DNA of 64,000 nt, taken from Naegleria gruberi. Taxonomy: Eukaryota. The notes beneath the pieces are model-generated. The model ran no database searches. It had not been told where the DNA came from and saw only the letters and a list, made by a program, of their open reading frames with translations. The position numbers and the translations under genes were made by a program. The first letter of the stretch is position 1. Each line of letters starts with the position of its first letter. The stretch is taken from the NCBI GenBank assembly GCA_000004985.1, contig GG738858.1; one strand, 5' to 3'. Of this stretch, positions 58,343-64,000 are shown one piece after another.

Positions 58343-59811
58343 ATGGGTGAGCGAACTGACAAACTCAAGGAATGGGCAAAGGGAGCCTGTTCTGTTGGAA
58401 ATTTCTACACACTTTTTCTGGCTTTGGCCATGTTGATCACCGGTACCGTCAACACTATTGGTATGTAGGAAATTTATGCGTAGGAAATATTCATTGTGGA
58501 ATGTTGATCAAATTATATATCGCTTGTTATTATGTAAAATTCTTCTTGTTGATTCTATTAAATAGCCACTAAATTACAGGATGTTAGTAATGCTAAGGGT
58601 ATTGGTGATGGGCCACCAACCGCTTTCCAACATGCCTTGTAGGTTTAATTTTTGTTATTGTTGTTAATTAATTAATTAATTTTCATATGATGATTTTAAT
58701 ATTACTAATTATGATGAAATTTTCGTTTTCAATAGTTTCCAAACTGCAGCAATGTTTTTGGGTGAATTGCTCTGTCTCATTCCACACAATCTTCAATTAT
58801 TATATAACAAAATCCGTGGTAGAGGAAAAGCTAAAGAAGAGGAATCAGACTCTTTGATGGATTCCGAAAAACCAAAACCAAAGCCATTCACAAATCCACT
58901 CATCTTTTGGATTCCTGCTTGTTGCGATTTGGGAGGTTCAACTTTGCTCAGTAAGTATTTTGGAAATTCATTTTGCATGATGAAATTCAATTATGTCACA
59001 AACAGATTTTGGTCTCTTCTATACTGATGCTTCTGTTTATCAAATGTTGAGAGGTATCTTGGTCGTTTTTACTGGTTTATTCTCAGTAATTTTCCTTAAA
59101 GCTAGATTGTACTATCACCACTGGTTTGGTTTATTATTAATCCTTGTTGGTTGTGTTATTGTCGGTTTGAGTTCATATTTGTATGCTGAAGATTCTGGAG
59201 CTTCTAGAAATGCTTGGTTGGGTGATCTTTTCGTTGTTTTGGCTCAAATTTTGGCTGCTACTCAATTCATTGTTGAAGAAAAGTTCTTCAGTAGATATGA
59301 TGTTGCTCCATTGCAAGCTGTTGGTTGGGAAGGATACTGGGGTTTGTCAATGACAACTATTGTTTTGTTTGTCTTGTATTGGATTCCAGGTAGCGATTAT
59401 GGAAGTGCTGAAAATGCTGTTTATGCATTTGCTCAATGTTTGAATAATTGGAAGATTGCTGTTTCTACTTTGGGTTCAATTTTCTCAATTGCTTTCTTCA
59501 ACTTCTTTGGTGTTTCTATCACTAAGAGAATCAGTTCTACCACTAGATCAACTATTGACTCTTGTCGTACTATTTTCATTTGGGCTATTTCCCTTATTAT
59601 TGGTTGGGAAGAATTCCATTGGCTCCAAGTTGGTGGTTTCGTCGTTTTGTTGTTGGGTACCTCTCTTTACAATGAAATTATTAAGGTTCCATATTACCAC
59701 AAGTGGTATTTGGGCAGAAAGGAACTTTATTTGCAAGAAAAGGAAAGAAAGGAAGCTGAAAAGAAAGCTTTGGCTGAAGAAAAGAAGAATAGAAAGAGAA
59801 ATATTCAATAA
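58343..59811 (+). CDS. SLC35F6 (solute carrier family 35 member F6) homologue. Four exons: join(58343..58460, 58566..58638, 58736..58950, 59006..59811).
   Basis: 'FQTAAMFLGELLCL', 'YQMLRGILVVFTGLFSVIFL', 'ILAATQFIVEEKFFSRYDVAPLQAVGWEG', 'IAFFNFFGVSITKRISSTTRSTIDSCRTIFIWAISL...GWEEFHWLQVGGFVVLLLGTSLYN'. All closely parallel human SLC35F6. Introns of 105, 97 and 55 nt. Confidence 0.85.
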
Positions 59812-59885
59812 ATTAATTGTAAACTTATTCTAAATTATTTTCTGGAAATAATCTAATAATCACCATATTTAAACATTGAAAAAAA

Positions 59886-62668
59886 ATGAGTGAACATCAA
59901 ATCTCCCTCAACAAAGAGACAGACATGGCTGTTGTTCGTTTGGATCAAATAAATGATCATTATTACAAGCTTTTCAATCTTAATGTTCCGAAGGATTTGG
60001 TGAATAACATCAAGAAGGCAATCGTTTCTCAAGATTTAGTTTGGATCATTGATAATGACGGAAAATTGTACGAGTGCAAATTTTCTGGTACCATGTCACC
60101 TTGTTATTGCAAGTTGTTTGATACTAGGGAAATTAATGAGCCAATTTTAGATATTGTTGGAAATGACAATCATTTATTTCTCACCACCAAATCACAAATG
60201 TATGGATTGGGGGTATGTTTTATGATCTATTGATATTAATTATTGATTTAGGGAAATGGATTTGGACAATTAGGATTAGGTAGTACAAAATTTAAAGAGT
60301 CTACTTGTCAACCAATAACCTTTTTCGATAGAATTAATGTAAATAGTAGCAAATATAAGGATAGAGTTGTGAAGATTGCTTGTGGAGAGGCATTTACTTT
60401 ATTCTTGACAAATACTAATAAGGTTTACAGTTGTGGAAGGTAAGAATTGAATATTTAACAACATAAGTCATTTTGAAAAGTAATTATTATGGACAACAGA
60501 CATTCCCTATGGAATCAGCTTTTCTTCCAACTCCTCAAAGAATTACTGAAATTTTCAAAGAAAATCAAAAAGTTGTTAACATTCATTGTGGCCAAACATA
60601 TTCTTTATTTGAGTTGGATGATGGATCATTTCTTTGCTATGGAAGATTGGGTAGTTTTTTGGTGAAAGATCCTAAAATTGTTCCAAAATTGCAAGAATTT
60701 GACAGGTTTGTGCTATTGAATTGATTTATTAACCATTTCAGTATTGAGTCTGTGTATTGTTTATCAGAACGGATTATTTTCATAACTAAATTCATGAAAA
60801 GAATTGATGTGGTGATTAAGACAATCTCTAAAGCAAATCAAGACAATTTTTTTGTTGTCCATTCTGTCAAGGAAGGTTCATTTCAATGTGTGGAGAAAAA
60901 CTCTCAAGAAATTATTTTGAACTGTAACGAGCAACACTTTAAATTATTTCACATTCAATATAAAGCTACCAATTCAGTTAAAGTCTACCAAGGTGATAAA
61001 TTAATCAGAACAATAACTATTAATTCAGATCCAAGTAGATTGAGGGTTTGTTTTACTTCTGGCGAAAACATTCTCATTTATATGAGCAACAGCACTTCAC
61101 AACGTAAAAAAACAATTCATGAATTGATTTTGGGAAAATCTAAAGAGTTCAAACTACCTTCTGATACAATTAATGTTGGATCCTCACCTGTTTATGCATT
61201 CCTTCCATTCATTCAAATTAGAAATCCTCAATTTTATGATTTACTTAGAACAGGTGATTTATTCACTTCGGATAGATCGCCAACCATTATTCAAGATTTG
61301 ATTGATTACTGTTTTTCACAAGACTGTTCATTCTTGAGAAGTTACACATCACCAATGGTTGCTGAGTTAATATACTTATTAGAGAAAATGGGTGTTATCT
61401 ACAATGAATTCACTGCTCCATTAATTTTTCAATCATCAGTACAAATTTCAGCTAGTGAAGATTTTGCTCCAAATGCTGATGCATACGTTGTGAAGCTAAA
61501 ACAAGAGGGAATTACCCCAAAGCTATTTGGTAATTCTCAATTTTTCAATAATCAAACGCCAGCTTATCTACCACCAATTGGTTCAGTTTTGGGTAAACTT
61601 TTTAACTCTGAATCATCAGCAGATACTTCTATAGTCATTGACCAGTTTGGATTGGAAAAAGTCAAATGCCACAGAAGTGTATTGATTGCACAAAGCACCT
61701 TTTTTGAGGCGTTCTATACTGGACATTTTGCTTCAAATGAAATCAATCTCTTCAATGACGAAGATACAGGAGAATTGGATATCAACACTGAGGATATGAG
61801 CGAAGAGGAGAGACAAATGCTGATAGACCCTGAATCTCAAATCAAAACCAGAGCATTGAGAAATATTTTAATGATGTTTTATGAAATTGAGCCAACTGTT
61901 GAGTATGAATTGGTAATTCCAATGCTAGACATGGCTCACAAATTAGATTCTGAGAATTTGGTTATGAAATGCTTGAATATGTTTGAAAATAATTTGGATG
62001 ATGAAAGCTATCAAGTTGTTAATCAGTGGCTGGGAGGTCTTGAACAAAAGACCGATATTCAAAATATGATTTTGAAGACTGCAGATACTTGGGCAAGTCA
62101 AGTATCTCAAAAAATAATACTATTCGAAAATTATGAATTGGAAGAAGAATTTGGTAAATATATTAGAAAACTTAATAATTTCGAAATTTGCCAAGAATTC
62201 ATTCCAAATTTTACAACTCACTATGTTGCAACTAAGCTTGACAAGAAGGATTACAATTTCCTATGTGCAGTAGCTGGTAATTGTAGTATTGTTAAACCTG
62301 AATATTTAAGAAAATGTGGAGAAGAGCAATGTTGGATTGAGGAAGGGCCATATCTTTTAAATAATTGTGCTAATGAATTTGAAAAAAAGGTTCAACTTCT
62401 CTTAAAGGTAAACATGGATAACAAGTTATTGAAGAAATTTGCCTTCTCTTCATATTGTGCACATATATTTTTNNNNNNNNNNNNNNNNNNNNNNNNNNNN
62501 NNNNNNNNNNNNNNNNNNNNNNATGTTGGTGTAAAATGTGAAAAGTATTACATTATTGACTACCACAATTTGGTGGATGTTTTACTTGGCAGTCAAGCAT
62601 CAAAATTCCATTTTGAAAAGAAACGTAAAAGAGAAGATCAAGATCAAAATAGATTTCATTTTTATTAG
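59886..62668 (+). CDS. RCC1-repeat plus BTB/POZ-domain protein (RCBTB-like). Four exons: join(59886..60212, 60252..60439, 60481..60705, 60742..62668). It contains a 50-N gap.
   Basis: RCC1 blades: 'MYGLG|GNGFGQLGLGS', 'KVYSCG|SNYYGQQ', 'CYGRLGSF'. BTB segment 'VKCHRSVLIAQSTFFEAFYTGHFASNEINL'. Introns of 39, 41 and 36 nt (GTATGT, GTAAGA, GTTTGT donors), all phase-consistent. Confidence 0.75.
62473..62522. other. Assembly gap (50 N) inside the last exon of the RCC1-BTB gene.
   Basis: A run of n characters. Confidence 1.
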
Positions 62669-64000
62669 TTAAATACTGATGATTTGGTAGGAATATTTGG
62701 GTTGGTAGATTTGGCGGTAATTGTTTGAGAAGTTAAGGTTGATGTTACAAGTGACTTTTCTCTTCGTAAAGCCATTTGTTTTCGTTGACTTATTGTTGGG
62801 CTGTGTTTCCTTGATACTGTCTGAGACAATGATACAGGATCTTTCCTAATGTGGAGTGAGTTTACATTAATAAATGTGAGATTATCAATTAATTGATAAA
62901 ATAAGCTCTGACTCATCATTGATAATGATGAAGTATAGCTGAAATAATAATGACAAGATGGTGACTTTACAAAAACGCAAATTTGTCCAATTTTGAAATT
63001 CTCCAACTTGTAAGTAAAAAATAATCTCTTTCCTGGATATTTCAAATTTCCAATTTCTATGTCTTCTGATGTAACAAGGGTACCTTCTGGTGATTGTAAA
63101 ATTTCCTTTACAACTGTGTTAACTTGTTCTTCAAAATTGAGTGGTAGTAATATTTTGGCATTGAAATTTTCTCGTTCTGAATTATTTGATAATATTTGTA
63201 CAGGGTGAAATAAAAATACATATCCATCTTGGACTTCCATGTGCATAATGGATGGGAATGACATTGATAACTCTTTTGAAAGTTTAACTTCTTTTGTATC
63301 TATTTCTAATAAAGACCTTGTGTAAAGTCCTTCTCTTATCATTTTGTCAAAAACTTGTTCATTTCTTTCCTCAGGATTGATATTAGTGGTATATTTGATT
63401 TGATGCATCAAGCCCATTCCATCTTGGATGATAACTATCTTTTGATAGATTGTCATCTTTACAGTATTGGTCTTGTTGATTGGTAATAACTGATCAAATT
63501 GTAAAGTACAAAATGCACACTGTTTTTCTGGTTGAATATTTCTCTCATTTGTAATACTTGTCATGGATTGTAAAACTTTGAAATTTGAAACCTTGGTGCT
63601 TCCTCTCTCCAATCTTTTAAATTGTTCTTCCAGAGAGGAATTTTTCGTGAATAATTGTGTACACAGTATATCTTCTTTGAGTTTGCCATTATCGAGTGGG
63701 GATGTGAATATTGGAGCTCCACTAGGAAGAGCCATTCCTTTTTTCCAAGTCGTTGGTAAATGCATTTCATAAAAATCCTCTCTGTGAATTACTTCACCCA
63801 CTGAATCATATTCAGTAGGAATAGATGGAAAGGATGATTTCTGTGAAATTTCAGTGGGTGAAATAGAATTCCCTGAAACTAATGACCGTGTCCCAACTGG
63901 TGATGAGGAAATTGAATTGGTTGGCGAACGAGGACTTGGTTTAATAAAATTGGGAGTGTTAGGTGAGGATGAGAGTGAGGGAGAATTAGGTGATGAAGAA
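62665..64000 (-). CDS. Hypothetical protein, 3' part only. The ORF is open to the window edge, so the 5' end is outside the window.
   Basis: The frame is open from 64000 down to the TAA at 62665. The N-terminal side is S/P/N-rich. No domain recognised. Confidence 0.5.
   Translation of the reverse strand, partial: SSSPNSPSLSSSPNTPNFIKPSPRSPTNSISSSPVGTRSLVSGNSISPTEISQKSSFPSIPTEYDSVGEVIHREDFYEMHLPTTWKKGMALPSGAPIFTSPLDNGKLKEDILCTQLFTKNSSLEEQFKRLERGSTKVSNFKVLQSMTSITNERNIQPEKQCAFCTLQFDQLLPINKTNTVKMTIYQKIVIIQDGMGLMHQIKYTTNINPEERNEQVFDKMIREGLYTRSLLEIDTKEVKLSKELSMSFPSIMHMEVQDGYVFLFHPVQILSNNSERENFNAKILLPLNFEEQVNTVVKEILQSPEGTLVTSEDIEIGNLKYPGKRLFFTYKLENFKIGQICVFVKSPSCHYYFSYTSSLSMMSQSLFYQLIDNLTFINVNSLHIRKDPVSLSQTVSRKHSPTISQRKQMALRREKSLVTSTLTSQTITAKSTNPNIPTKSSVFN

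Noticed and set aside
1-64000. Prokaryotic features: CRISPR arrays, operons, rho-independent terminators, IS elements.
   Set aside because: The sequence is eukaryotic. It has spliceosomal introns, a nuclear tRNA and eukaryote-specific proteins such as TAF2, PTB and GBP. No direct-repeat/spacer arrays or transposase or reverse-transcriptase ORFs were seen.

Overview
This window is a gene-dense eukaryotic nuclear scaffold, not a prokaryotic one. It is AT-rich, with Asn/Gln/Ser homopolymer tracts in proteins, GTAAGT/GTATGT splice donors, very short introns (about 35-105 nt, mostly 36-56) and two 50-N scaffold gaps. The best match by style is a dictyostelid social amoeba, but not D. discoideum: the introns are too short and not extremely AT-rich.

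I can support about 37 protein-coding genes and one tRNA-Arg(ACG). About a third of the genes are spliced, and I worked out exon junctions by hand from splice signals and reading-frame continuity.

Proteins I recognised:
- TAF2, a MAK/ICK-family CMGC kinase, PTB (hnRNP I), and the TRM6 (GCD10) tRNA-m1A58 methyltransferase subunit.
- A guanylate-binding-protein (GBP) GTPase, the mitochondrial pyruvate carrier, SLC35F6, AVL9, PP1 inhibitor-2 and Fe/Mn superoxide dismutase.
- A Dicer/RIG-I-like DExH helicase with C-terminal dsRBD-like motifs.
- An RCC1+BTB protein, two F-box/LRR proteins, and MORN, ankyrin, ARM and HEAT repeat proteins.
- A U-box/Myb protein, a NATD1-like GNAT, a Zn2Cys6-like factor and a Vps51/Dor1 (COG8)-like protein.

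The most unusual loci:
- A single 1120-aa ORF joins a protein-kinase-like domain to a C-terminal HECT E3-ligase domain.
- TAF2 continues, after an apparent 1-nt frameshift, into a K/S-rich tail and two tandem cyclophilin-like domains of a mainly prokaryotic type.
- A helicase-dsRBD protein lacks an RNase III domain.
- There are probable micro-exons: 17 nt in the MPC gene, and a possible 2-nt exon or recursive splice in the Zn2Cys6 gene.
- Convergent genes share their stop codons.

Frameshifts sit in low-complexity repeats and N-gaps sit inside genes, so this is a draft assembly with local errors. No CRISPR array, rRNA or recognisable transposon ORF was seen. ORF-track starts at TTG or GTG are artefacts of the ORF caller.
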